A stretch of DNA of 64,000 bases from an uncultured Candidatus Binatia bacterium (GCA_965214605.1 OZ243961.1:2176001-2240000); one strand, 5' to 3'; numbered from the stretch's first letter, positions 30,504-40,421 are shown. Program-made: numbers and translations. Notes: generated from the letters alone by a model not told the origin.

Positions 30504-31535
30504 TCATTCCTCATCCGCAAAATCCCGCACCAGCCATGGCGTCATACGTGAACGTGAGCCTGGGGATACCGCCATTCTGGCCAGCCAAGTTGCACGAATG
30601 GCGAATTTCTTTTGCGAGACAATGCCCCTGTCCATGAGCAAGATCTTGAGTGCGGTCAGCCAGCACTCGTAATACGTCGGCCTCGTATCAGGAGCCTGTC
30701 GGTCGGCAGCCGCAATCTGAGTAATCAACTGCGCCTGGAAATCAGCCCAGACATAGTGTCTCTGCTCGCACAGGGCGATGGCCATGGCAAAGGCAATACC
30801 CTCCCACGGGTCTTGGAAGATCAACTCGCCGCTCTGCCGGGGGAGAGCAGCCTGCTCCGGCATATCGGCAATTCGACGGTCAGCACTGGTTTTCCCGGGT
30901 TTCGTATCAAGTCCGATCTCGGCTACGCCTATCATGGCATCCCGGGTGACCAGTCCTCTCAGTTCGTCTTCGCCCATATGTCCTGTGCCGGCTGGGCGTT
31001 GGGGGAGCACCATATACCGGGTCTGGGCACTACTATTCCAGACCAGAATTTCCCGCTCTGGGCCGATTTCCAGACCAAACTCGCTCAGCACTTCGCGCGG
31101 TCGACCGCCTATCCGCGCGCGGTAGGCTTGACTCTTGTACCAGAATGGCGGCAAACCTAGGAGCGGCCACGGATAACATGAGCACAAGGTACACACGACC
31201 ACGTTGTGAACCTTGGGTGTGTTTTCTACCACCATCAAATGCTCGCCCTGCAATCCGCCAAAACCCAGCTCGGCAGCCGCCTCGGTACCGTTTTGCAGCA
31301 GCCGTTTTTTATAGACCGGATCGACCCAGGCCCGGACAACCACTCCGGCCCCATTCAGGGGTCCAATGTCGTTTTCATATGCGTTCAGGACGGCGTCGAG
31401 ATCTTCGGACGTGAGAAGCCCATCCTCTTCCAGGATAGATTCAAGCGCTTTGGCCTCGACCTCACGAGCCTTGTTTTCCGCTCGACTGAGTTGCCTTTGA
31501 GTATAGGCCGGCGTGGGACCGTGGTGATCGCTCAT
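30504..31535 (-). CDS. nthA: Co-type nitrile hydratase alpha subunit fused to a C-terminal NHase accessory-protein-like domain
   Basis: [47 protein letters not shown]; then [23 protein letters not shown]...YYECWLTAL; start reassigned to MSDHH. Confidence 0.88.
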   Translation of the reverse strand: MSDHHGPTPAYTQRQLSRAENKAREVEAKALESILEEDGLLTSEDLDAVLNAYENDIGPLNGAGVVVRAWVDPVYKKRLLQNGTEAAAELGFGGLQGEHLMVVENTPKVHNVVVCTLCSCYPWPLLGLPPFWYKSQAYRARIGGRPREVLSEFGLEIGPEREILVWNSSAQTRYMVLPQRPAGTGHMGEDELRGLVTRDAMIGVAEIGLDTKPGKTSADRRIADMPEQAALPRQSGELIFQDPWEGIAFAMAIALCEQRHYVWADFQAQLITQIAAADRQAPDTRPTYYECWLTALKILLMDRGIVSQKKFAIRATWLARMAVSPGSRSRMTPWLVRDFADEE

Positions 31536-32094
31536 GGGCCGCACGCTACTGCCGGCCGGATGGTGAGTCAAGCGACTGGTCCTGCGCAAAGAGATCATGC
31601 CCGGCCTCGTGGAGCAGCATTGCGACGGGGCGTCCTTCTCCGGCATCCGGATGGTCGGGCGGGAGGCCGGATCAAAAAAGCCCTGGATTTGCTTCTTCCC
31701 CGCCTGCCTCTTGGACGTTCCCGCCCGGTGACGCTCCCGCACCTCACCGGGGGTATGGGTCTCCCCGGCGGCAGCCCCTAAGCTTTCAGGATTAAGCTCT
31801 GATCTTTTTGCTTTCAGCGGGTTGCGTCGTGCTGATGGCCGGAATGAGAATGACGCCTCTGCTTGTAAAGATTTCCGACCTTCTGGGGCGGCGTTACCCT
31901 CGGGCTCTCGTCTTCAAGGGCGGTTCGCCCGTCGCTGGGCCCATGACGATAAGCCCCCCGCGGCGGTCCAAACCGTGGGGAAGAACGTTGACCGCGAGTT
32001 TGCCCGGCGGCGGGCCTCCCCGCGCAGCTTTCCGCCGGGCTCGGTCTGGGTCAAAACCGTGACAACTTGTGCTCTGGGCTTCAGGTTCGCCGGC

Positions 32095-32830
32095 TTAGTC
32101 AATCGGAGAGTGTTCTGAATGGACCGGAAGTCCATGACCGAGGGCTTGCAGGCGATCAGGATGATGGCGGTCTATACCTTCATGATCGTGGCCCAGCGTG
32201 GTCAGAGCGATGACGGCGAGCATTTCGCACAGCCCATCCGGCATCTGTACGGATCTGGTGTCGGCGAACTTCCGTCCCCAGCGAATAGAGGATTTTTCGA
32301 GCGGCGGTACTCTCCGTGCGAGAGCGGTGGCCATAGCGAAAGCCCAGAAGTCCACCTGGCGCCGGAAGGGAGCTTGCTCCTGGCTAACAGTCCCTTTCTG
32401 ATGCTGGAGCACGTACCGTTCGATGGCGTCCGTAGACCTGTTCAAGGATTGTGACGACGAGATTCGCCATGCCCTCCGCCGCCCGTTTGTCAGCAGCAGC
32501 TCGTTCGTTACGTTGCCGTTGGTCGATCTGCTTCTGGTGGGAATCGATGGTGCTGAGGAGGGCTGGCTGCTGACTCTGGTTGATGGCGATGTTGCTTTGC
32601 AGGCGCCCCACTTGGGTCTTCAGCGCCTCGATTTCGTCGCGGATGATCTCTATTCTCTCTGCATCGAGGGCGTCGAGTTTGTTGTCGATATCTCGCTTTT
32701 CAAGCGCGAGATTGGCGATCTCCTTAGGGCTAAAATGGCGGGCGGCGAGGCGCCCCAGGGCCAGCCACGGCAAAATTTGTTGCAAACCGCTGGAGGAACA
32801 TGGTAGAAGGGAGTCAAGCGATGGATTCAA
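32095..32830 (-). pseudogene. Remnants of an SMC/DndD-like coiled-coil gene and a small downstream gene
   Basis: Coiled-coil fragment (ALEKRDIDNKL...QIDQRQRNER) with no ATPase head, abutting a frameshifted small ORF (APFRRQVDFWAFAMATAL). Confidence 0.4.
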
Positions 32831-33009
32831 TAGACGTCAAAGGCCTTCCTGAATCGCTGGCCCGGGCCGTTGAAAGCTTGGTTATTGCCTGGCGGCTGCG
32901 GTTCGCGGAGCAAAACGGCGAACCGCAGCCGCCCGCGGCCTTGCCCGAGTGGAAAGGGAAGGCCGTAGGCAGCCTCAGCCGTGACGAAATCTACCGAGAG
33001 ATCGGCTGA
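32821..33009 (+). CDS. VapB-like antitoxin
   Basis: 62 aa, GGGAG RBS, MDSIDVKGLPE...LPEWKGKAVGSLSRDEIY; overlaps the start of a PIN gene. Confidence 0.75.
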   Translation: MDSIDVKGLPESLARAVESLVIAWRLRFAEQNGEPQPPAALPEWKGKAVGSLSRDEIYREIG

Positions 33010-35317
33010 CCTCGCTCTCTTGGACACCAACGTCCTCGTCGGTGCTCTGCTCACCGACGATTACCGCTACCCGACCGCGCGCCCTTTACTTGAGCAGGCC
33101 CACCGCAGCCAGGTGGGCTTTTGTCTTGTGCCGCAAGTGCTCGCGGAATTTTACGCGGTCATAACCAATCCGCAAAAAGTGACCGCGGTGAAAACCTCGG
33201 CGGAGGCGGTCGAGGCGGTTCGCGCCTTGTTAGCCTACCCCGGTCTTCGTCTGCTGTTTCCTCCGGTCGATAGTGTTGAGCGCTGGGCCGATCTTTTAGC
33301 CCGGCACCCGGCGACGGGCCCCCGGTTTTTCGATGTTCAGCTTGTGGCCGCGATGCTTGGAAACGATGTGCGAACTCTTTACACCTACAACGTCTCCGAC
33401 TTTGAGCCGTTCACACGCATTGCAGGCATAGAGGTCATCGACCCGCGCCGCAGCGTCCCGGGGGGTGGAAGAAAGGGAATGGCGGAAAAGCCGACAGGAC
33501 CGAGAGAGATAGGGGGAAGGCGGGGGGAGCGGACCTCAACGAGAGAATCAGGTCCGCGCCGGCCGTCAGCCGCCCCTCCTGGGTTGGTCTGCCGCCGGTT
33601 ACCGGATTCGGGGCAGTGGCAGGTTCTTCTATCCGCGGATGATGAATGCCGAATCACGGCAGTGAAGCTCGATGGGAGACTTCTGGACATGGTGAACCAC
33701 GAGTGCTGTCTGCCAGCACTCACCGGCCGCCTGACTATTGAGTTCCGGGACGAAGGGAAGAAGGAGGTATCGTTGTTCGACGATAAACCCCTGATCTTCA
33801 AACTGCCGAAGAATTGGGTCGGGGAAGGTCACAGAATCGCTGCTCTCACGAAGGGATACTTCGTTGTCATCGTGCCGAACGAGTGGGAACGAACAGGTCA
33901 TGTACCTGTTGAACCTGAAGGTTGCACGGATACCGATTTCAGAGCGCACTATTTCTTCTGGGACGGAGGAGATGCCGGGGAGGACGTCGGCGGCTTCAGG
34001 CAGCGTGACATCATCCCAACCCCATCTGGATTCGAACTGACCGGTCAGCGTGTTTTCGACAATTCCACAGACGGCGATCTGTTCTCCGGGGCTGTTCCAA
34101 ATCTAGAATTATCGTCAAACGTCGCTTGGGTCCGCGTCGGCGAGGAAAAGAAAGGGGGGTGGAAAGGCGAAAATTTCAAACCCACTGAGAAAACCCTTCC
34201 CGAAGTCTTGAATGGGCGTTACGGGCGATTTTTCATCCGGGTTTACGATTCCCAAAGACACTTGCTCGACAGCGGCGCGTTTCGATATCTGCGTGATCTC
34301 AAGCAGATTCTCGTAAATGGAGAACCGTTTGCCGAGACAACCCTTCTCGTCCCTTCCCCGACCGGACATCCATCAACCAAGGTAAGCGTTATCGGCGTTG
34401 ATGGTACAACCGTCCGCCTAATCTCGCCGCACGCAGAAGTCCAAGGCGGCGATCTCGTCATTGATCCGCGTCCAGACGCGGACTGCGTCCGCTGCACTTT
34501 GGCATCCGAGGCCGGCTGCGTCGACACCGTATTGGAGCTGCCTCGTATCTGGTGGTGTGTCGCGCGAGACGAGAGTAGCTCCGGCGAGTGGCGCGACACC
34601 CCTCTAGAGATGACGCGACAGGAATTCCGCGAACACGCCTATGCAAAGGCGACGGTCGTGCTGCGATTCCCGCGACGAATCAAGTCGGTTCAGGTCGGGT
34701 TTGATGATGAATCGTCTCAGGTGAGTCGGAAGGGAGAAAAGGACATAGCAATTCCTTTGAGGGATTTCGTCGACTGCAGGCAGATCACCCGACGATTGCA
34801 TGAAGATGCCTCGTTCAACGTCAGATGCGCCGGAGAGATAGTGACCCCCATCCGGGTGTCTTCCGACCCCGTTCCCGAGATCGTCTCTTTCACGGCGGAG
34901 CCGGCGACGGTGAACACGGGGGAGAAAGTGATCTTGCGGTGGGCCACCCGGAATACGGAGGCCGGCCACGGTGTGATCGAGCCTGAAGTCGGAGGAGTCG
35001 AATCCAGTGGGTACCATGAGGTCACGCCCCTCGAGACCGTGACCTACACGCTGAGGCTGACTGCTTGTGACATGGACGATGTGACAAAGACCGTTGTCGC
35101 GACCGTTAACCCCCCCTCGCAGCCGGATGAAAAACTAATTGCTCAGGTGAGGATAGGCAAAAGACGGAGAGACGGCAGAGGATTCAGTAACGGTGAACTT
35201 CGGGACGCAGGCTTGCGGAAGGGCGACGCGGCTCTCCGATTGATCCCCATCGACAAACGCCGACGAACCGTCCATCGGGGCAACGTGGAGAAGCTGAGGA
35301 AGATGATTCATGGCTGA
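32981..35317 (+). CDS. Multidomain protein: N-terminal PIN (VapC) nuclease, uncharacterised middle region, Ig-like domain, C-terminal eL13-like domain
   Basis: LDTNVL...E-F-Y...FDVQLVA...YTYNVSDF; Ig-like PEIVSFTAEP...LRW...TYTL; C-terminal GRGFSNGELRDAGL...IPIDKRRRTVH..NVEKL. Possible internal start MAEKP at 33479. Confidence 0.8.
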   Translation: MTKSTERSADLALLDTNVLVGALLTDDYRYPTARPLLEQAHRSQVGFCLVPQVLAEFYAVITNPQKVTAVKTSAEAVEAVRALLAYPGLRLLFPPVDSVERWADLLARHPATGPRFFDVQLVAAMLGNDVRTLYTYNVSDFEPFTRIAGIEVIDPRRSVPGGGRKGMAEKPTGPREIGGRRGERTSTRESGPRRPSAAPPGLVCRRLPDSGQWQVLLSADDECRITAVKLDGRLLDMVNHECCLPALTGRLTIEFRDEGKKEVSLFDDKPLIFKLPKNWVGEGHRIAALTKGYFVVIVPNEWERTGHVPVEPEGCTDTDFRAHYFFWDGGDAGEDVGGFRQRDIIPTPSGFELTGQRVFDNSTDGDLFSGAVPNLELSSNVAWVRVGEEKKGGWKGENFKPTEKTLPEVLNGRYGRFFIRVYDSQRHLLDSGAFRYLRDLKQILVNGEPFAETTLLVPSPTGHPSTKVSVIGVDGTTVRLISPHAEVQGGDLVIDPRPDADCVRCTLASEAGCVDTVLELPRIWWCVARDESSSGEWRDTPLEMTRQEFREHAYAKATVVLRFPRRIKSVQVGFDDESSQVSRKGEKDIAIPLRDFVDCRQITRRLHEDASFNVRCAGEIVTPIRVSSDPVPEIVSFTAEPATVNTGEKVILRWATRNTEAGHGVIEPEVGGVESSGYHEVTPLETVTYTLRLTACDMDDVTKTVVATVNPPSQPDEKLIAQVRIGKRRRDGRGFSNGELRDAGLRKGDAALRLIPIDKRRRTVHRGNVEKLRKMIHG

Positions 35318-38300
35318 TGCAAACGACATTCAGTCTTGGCCGGAGGAGATCCGCCAACGTTACGAGAACTACCTGAAGACCTCCTTTTTCTTCAAGAGCC
35401 CCGACCTCCGGGCCGCGTTCCGGGCCGCGTTGCAGAAAGAGGACAGTCTGCTGAAAGGCCCGTATCCCGAACCGGCGCGGGACTTCGAGAAGGGATTGAG
35501 CGCCCCGGCATTGGCGCGGGAGTGCTTCTCGGACGGGAGCAAAGGTCTCCTTCCCGCACTGATCAACGATCGGTTGTATGCGCATCAGGAACGCGCTGTC
35601 CGCGCCACGCACCTCGAAGGCCGCAATATCGTCGTCGCCACCGGTACTGCCAGCGGCAAGACCGAGAGTTTTCTCTACCCGATCCTGTTCGAGCTGTATC
35701 GCCAAAATCTTGCAGGGGAACTCGAAGACCCGGGGGTGCGGGCCGTGATCCTGTACCCGATGAACGCGCTCGCCAACGACCAACGCGAGCGCCTCGGCCA
35801 AATCCTCCAGACGTTGTGCGAGACCGCATCGGAGTTCCAACCGACGTTCGGACAGTACATCGGCCAAACACCCCAAGACGCCAGGGACGAGCGGCGCAAC
35901 GCCGCCGCGCGGGAAGAGGAACGCCTGCCCGGAGAACTCATCTTCCGCGACGAGATGCGGAGCACGCCGCCCCACATCCTGCTGACCAACTACTCGATGT
36001 TGGAATATCTGCTTATCCGCCCGGCCGACAGTCCCCTGTTCGACGGCGGCCGGGGGGCGCGCTGGCAGTTCATCGTGCTCGACGAAGCGCACCAGTACCG
36101 GGGCGCCAGGGGCATGGAGATGGGCATGTTGATCCGGCGCCTCAAGCAGCGGTTGCGCGACGGGGGACGGCAAGGTCCGTTCCGCTGCGTCGCCACCAGC
36201 GCGACCATTTCCTCCGGCGAACACGAGGACGACAAGCAAGTGGTTGCCGAGTTCGCGCAGGAACTTTTCGGAGAGCCTTTTTCGACGTCCGGCATCATTT
36301 TCAGCAAGTCGCAGACGGCCGCCGACAGGCCTCCGCGACGCTATCACGCCTTCCTGCGCGCGCTTGAGGGAGCGTTTCTCGTGCACAGGGACGGCGCGGA
36401 TGTCGTGGTGCTCAACCGCAAAAGCGAAAGTAGGAACGGGGCCATTGCGAAGCCGTTGGAAATCGCCCTGTGTCGCGAATGCGGTCAACACTACTACGTC
36501 GGCCGGGAACGGGGTAGAAAGCTGGAAGAAGCCATCCGCGATCCCAGCCATCCCGACTTCGGGGTGGAGTACTACCTACCGGTGGACGCCGGGAACGAAC
36601 TGCTGCTGTGCAGGCGCTGCGGCGTGCTCTCCAGGTCTACGCCGACATGCGATTGCGGGGCAGCGATTTCCGTCAAGAGGTGTAAATCCGACCCGGCCCA
36701 TGCCGATCAACTGAAGAAATGCGAGGCCTGCGGCTATCAGCGCGGCGGCATCGGCGACCCGGTGCAGGAGATCGTTCACGGTTCGGACGGACCCAACACT
36801 GTCATCGCCACCGCCCTGCATGAACTGCTGCCGGAAAACAGGCGCAGGGTGCTTGCGTTCGCCGACAGCCGCCAGGAGGCGGCGTTCTTCGCCTGGTACG
36901 CAGAGGACTCATACAAAAAACTGCGCGATCGCAATTTCATCCTGCGCGCCTTGACCGCGGAACCGATCAACGCGGAGGGCTTGTCCATCGACGATCTCAG
37001 AAACCGGCTGCGCAAGCAGTGGGAGGAAGCCGGCCTGGTCGGCGCGGAGCAGACCGGGGAACAGAGAGATCGGCAGGTGCTGACGTCGATCCTGCGGGAG
37101 GCGTTGACAGACGAGAAGAGATTGTCGTTGAGCGGCGTTGGCTTGGTCAAGTGGTTCGTCGGGCTTCCCGACGATTTGAATTTGCCGGATGCCATGGGGC
37201 AGCCGCCGTGGAATTTCACGGATGACGAGGCGCGCCGCCTGATCGGATACCTGTTGGACGAGTTGCGCCCGCATCGCGCCGTGAATTTGCCGGAAGGTGC
37301 CGGAACGCCTACATGGAAGGATATCTCGCCCCGGCCGCAGTGGTCTTACGCTATCGGGCGGCCTCGCGGACGAAAGCATGTCTCCCAATGGGGTGCCCCC
37401 ACATCTGCGCTCGTGACACATTTCCTTTGCCGGTTACTCTCGGACAGCGGCCTGTCCGATGACCGGAAGAAATCGGCAGCGACGGAGCTCATGGAAAAGG
37501 TGTGGCGCGCATTACAGCAACAGACCGACGCCCCCGTCCTTTCGCCCGGAAAGGCTAACGGCACCTTTCGACTGAACCCGAACTGGTTGCGGATTAAGCT
37601 CGCCGAGCTTCACGAGATCTGGGAGTGCGATACCTGCGCGGCCTTGGCCGCCTACAACGTTCGCGGCGTCTGTCCTCGAAATCGTTGCCCCGGCACCCTG
37701 AGATGCGCCAACCAAGAGCGCCTTAAGGAAAACCATTATCGACTCCTTTACGAAAACACCGACCTGCCCCCCAAGCTGAGCGCGGAAGAACATACCGCGC
37801 AGATTGACAGCGACGAGGCGCGCCGAAGGCAGGACAAATTCAAGAAGGGCCGTATACACCTTCTCAGTTCCTCCACCACATTCGAGATCGGTGTCGACCT
37901 TGGGGACTTGGAGGCCGTGTTTCTCCGCAACGTGCCGCCGGAATCGTTCAACTACGCCCAGCGCGTCGGACGGGCGGGACGACGGGAAACTCCCGGCCTG
38001 GCGCTGACCTATTGCCGCCGCAATCCGCATGACCTGTATCACTATGAGGAGCCGCTCAAGCGGGTGGTCAACGGCGGATTGCATCCGCCACGCCTGCGGA
38101 TGACGAACGAAAAAATCATCCTACGGCACATGGTCGCCACTGCCCTGTCCGCGTTCTTCGGGAAGAATGCGGTGCGCTTCGAAAAGGTGGAATGCTTCGT
38201 CGGAGAGTGGTCGAGTCCCAGCGCCGCGTCCGAACTGAAGACGTTTTGCGAGAACAACGGCGGATTGAGGGAGGCATTGTGCCAGATCGTGCCGGAGAAC

Positions 38301-39542
38301 ATGCACGGCCAAGTTGGACTCCGGGACGATATCTGGGTTGACCGTATTGCGGGACCTGGGAGCCCTTTGGCTGATATGGAAGCGGAAGCCTGCGCGGATT
38401 ACCGCGGGATGGAGAAACTCAGAGGGAAGTATTTCGATGAAGGCAAAGATAGCTATGTCAACCGTATTCGCAGACGCATGGAGACCATCGCCGCCGAATC
38501 AACTCTGAATTTCCTTTCCCGGAAAGCCGTTATCCCGAAGTACGGGTTTCCGGTGGATGTCGTCGAACTCGAGATTCGTTCTGGAGACGGCAATCCACCT
38601 GGCGTTGCGCTCCAGCGGGACTTGTCCCAGGCCATCGCCGAATACGCGCCCGGCGGCAAGGTGGTGGCCAACAAACAAGAATGGGAATCCTGCGGCGTGA
38701 AGGCGCTTGCGGGGAAGACATGGCCTGTCCGGCGTTACCAATACGACGACGCGCGGAATTTTACGCAACGGCCTGAAGATGATCAGTCCGGATCGTCCGG
38801 GGAATGGAAGAAGTATCTCATCCCGGCGTTCGGTTTTGTAACGCCGCTTTCCAGGAACCGCCCCTCGGAGCCGCATGGACGCGCGCGGCGCTGGTATACG
38901 ACCCGGCCGTTTTTCTGCGGCTTCGGAAAGGATGCACGGCCTGAAACGAAGACCGTCCTGGGCGTACAAGTGACCAAAGCCTTGCCTGGCACCTTGGTCA
39001 TCCTCTGCGAGGGCAGAAAGAGAGGCGGTTTCTATATCTGCCGTTACTGCGGGGCCCACATGACGGAACCGAAAGCCAAGCACAAGTCCCCCTTGGACTT
39101 CGAGTGCAAGGGCACCTTGGAACGATTCTCGCTCGGTCACGAACTGGTCACGGACGCGGTGCGCCTGCAGTTTCCGCAACTGTGCGGCCAGTGGGACGCT
39201 TACTCCGTTGCTTATGCCGTCCTGCTCGGCGCGGCGGAGACGCTGGATGTCCCGGATACGGACCTGAATGTGACGATAACCCGCGGTGACAATCCGGGCG
39301 ACGCCGCGATCGTGCTTTATGACAACGTGCCGGGGGGCGCCGGACTTGTGGCGCAACTGGAGCGGGAGGGTGTCTTCGGTGAAGTACTCCGCAGCGCACG
39401 AGAGCGGGTGCGGGGCAATTGCGGCTGCGACTCAAGCTGTTATGGGTGCTTGCGCAGTTACCGCAATCAGTTTGCCCACTCGCATCTGCACCGCAAGCAA
39501 GCGTTGGATGTCCTGAGTTCGAATAACCGAAACGAGCCCTGA
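35310..39542 (+). CDS. Large DEAH-box helicase with Zn clusters and C-terminal DUF1998 (DruE/MrfA/Hrq1-like)
   Basis: LYAHQ, TGTASGKTE, YPMNALANDQ, LDEAH, TSAT, FADSRQEAA, STTFEIGVDLG, QRVGRAGR, YDNVPGGAG...CGCDSSCYGCL. Confidence 0.93.
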   Translation: MADANDIQSWPEEIRQRYENYLKTSFFFKSPDLRAAFRAALQKEDSLLKGPYPEPARDFEKGLSAPALARECFSDGSKGLLPALINDRLYAHQERAVRATHLEGRNIVVATGTASGKTESFLYPILFELYRQNLAGELEDPGVRAVILYPMNALANDQRERLGQILQTLCETASEFQPTFGQYIGQTPQDARDERRNAAAREEERLPGELIFRDEMRSTPPHILLTNYSMLEYLLIRPADSPLFDGGRGARWQFIVLDEAHQYRGARGMEMGMLIRRLKQRLRDGGRQGPFRCVATSATISSGEHEDDKQVVAEFAQELFGEPFSTSGIIFSKSQTAADRPPRRYHAFLRALEGAFLVHRDGADVVVLNRKSESRNGAIAKPLEIALCRECGQHYYVGRERGRKLEEAIRDPSHPDFGVEYYLPVDAGNELLLCRRCGVLSRSTPTCDCGAAISVKRCKSDPAHADQLKKCEACGYQRGGIGDPVQEIVHGSDGPNTVIATALHELLPENRRRVLAFADSRQEAAFFAWYAEDSYKKLRDRNFILRALTAEPINAEGLSIDDLRNRLRKQWEEAGLVGAEQTGEQRDRQVLTSILREALTDEKRLSLSGVGLVKWFVGLPDDLNLPDAMGQPPWNFTDDEARRLIGYLLDELRPHRAVNLPEGAGTPTWKDISPRPQWSYAIGRPRGRKHVSQWGAPTSALVTHFLCRLLSDSGLSDDRKKSAATELMEKVWRALQQQTDAPVLSPGKANGTFRLNPNWLRIKLAELHEIWECDTCAALAAYNVRGVCPRNRCPGTLRCANQERLKENHYRLLYENTDLPPKLSAEEHTAQIDSDEARRRQDKFKKGRIHLLSSSTTFEIGVDLGDLEAVFLRNVPPESFNYAQRVGRAGRRETPGLALTYCRRNPHDLYHYEEPLKRVVNGGLHPPRLRMTNEKIILRHMVATALSAFFGKNAVRFEKVECFVGEWSSPSAASELKTFCENNGGLREALCQIVPENMHGQVGLRDDIWVDRIAGPGSPLADMEAEACADYRGMEKLRGKYFDEGKDSYVNRIRRRMETIAAESTLNFLSRKAVIPKYGFPVDVVELEIRSGDGNPPGVALQRDLSQAIAEYAPGGKVVANKQEWESCGVKALAGKTWPVRRYQYDDARNFTQRPEDDQSGSSGEWKKYLIPAFGFVTPLSRNRPSEPHGRARRWYTTRPFFCGFGKDARPETKTVLGVQVTKALPGTLVILCEGRKRGGFYICRYCGAHMTEPKAKHKSPLDFECKGTLERFSLGHELVTDAVRLQFPQLCGQWDAYSVAYAVLLGAAETLDVPDTDLNVTITRGDNPGDAAIVLYDNVPGGAGLVAQLEREGVFGEVLRSARERVRGNCGCDSSCYGCLRSYRNQFAHSHLHRKQALDVLSSNNRNEP

Positions 39543-39639
39543 CCCCCGGGCCGTCGCCGACAGCCGTCAACACTTCGTCCAGGTGCCGGTAGTCCCCATC
39601 GGGTCAATTCCAACAGAGGTAGGTAAACTCTCACAGCAA

Positions 39640-40285
39640 TTTGCTTGCTGACGGCTTTTTGATACCGCGTTTTTTTCATCCAATTGTGAAGATTAGCTTC
39701 GGTGGTGTTGTAACGCTCAGAGATAAATTTCTGCGTTGAGCCGTTCGCCAGTAGCGCTTCGATTTCAGGGCGAAACGCATCCAGTTTGCTTTTCCCCGGC
39801 CCTTTAGGGCGACCGAGTTGCATGCCGGCCGCTTTTTTGACTCGGAGCGCTTCGATGGTGCGCTGCGAGATCAGATCACGCTCAATTTCGGCGGCCATCG
39901 AGAAAGCCATCGCAACGACCTGGCTGTGAATGCTCCGATCAAGCTGCCAGTTGCCCTTGACGGCATAACCCGCAATACCGCGCTCTAACGCGATGGACAA
40001 GATCTCCATACACTCCAGCATGCTGCGCCCAAGGCGTGACAGCTCACTGACGACAATCGCATCGCCTTTCTGACACACTTCCAGCAGTTGAGCGATTTTT
40101 CGCTTTTTCCACGACACCCGGTCTGAGACCGCCTCTTCGACAAATTCCACGCGGCCCAAATCGTGGGTATTGGCCAGCTTCAGGATATCGGCCTTGTTCT
40201 CTGCTACATCTTGATCGGCAGTTGACACCCCCAAGTACCCCATCGCCTTGGCTTGTGATGGAGTTTTTTTGGTGCGTCGGGTCAT
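39640..40285 (-). pseudogene. Serine resolvase (Tn3-family TnpR-like), probably inactivated
   Basis: YLGVST (canonical YxRVST has lost its Arg), ELSRLGRS, AEIERDLISQRT, LGRPKG; C-terminal frameshift runs on into the helicase end. Confidence 0.75.
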
Positions 40286-40289
40286 AATT

Positions 40290-40400
40290 CGAAGCAAACC
40301 ACTATTTTCGTATTAAACAATAATAGTGGTTGTCTTTTTATCAATGAGTTTGGTTGAAGATATCCGCTCCTCAAAACGTTCGTTTTCCCGATAATTTTAG
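40290..40400. promoter_or_regulatory. Putative res site / divergent promoter region between tnpR and tnpA
   Basis: AT-rich; inverted repeat AACCACTATT-N15-AATAGTGGTT (40297-40331) and AAAACGTTCGTTTT. Confidence 0.55.
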
Positions 40401-40421
40401 CCGCCGGCGCAAGGGGATGCT

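Noticed and set aside
35184-36551. Long antisense ORFs (also 38499-39356, 49490-50542, 50594-51823, 58544-59401)
   Set aside because: Shadow frames of well-supported GC-rich genes, with no motifs.
35310-39542. DISARM or complete Druantia type I/II call
   Set aside because: No separate DrmA/B/C/D, linked methylase or DruA-D/M/F/G genes are adjacent. Only a two-gene (type III-like) comparison remains open.
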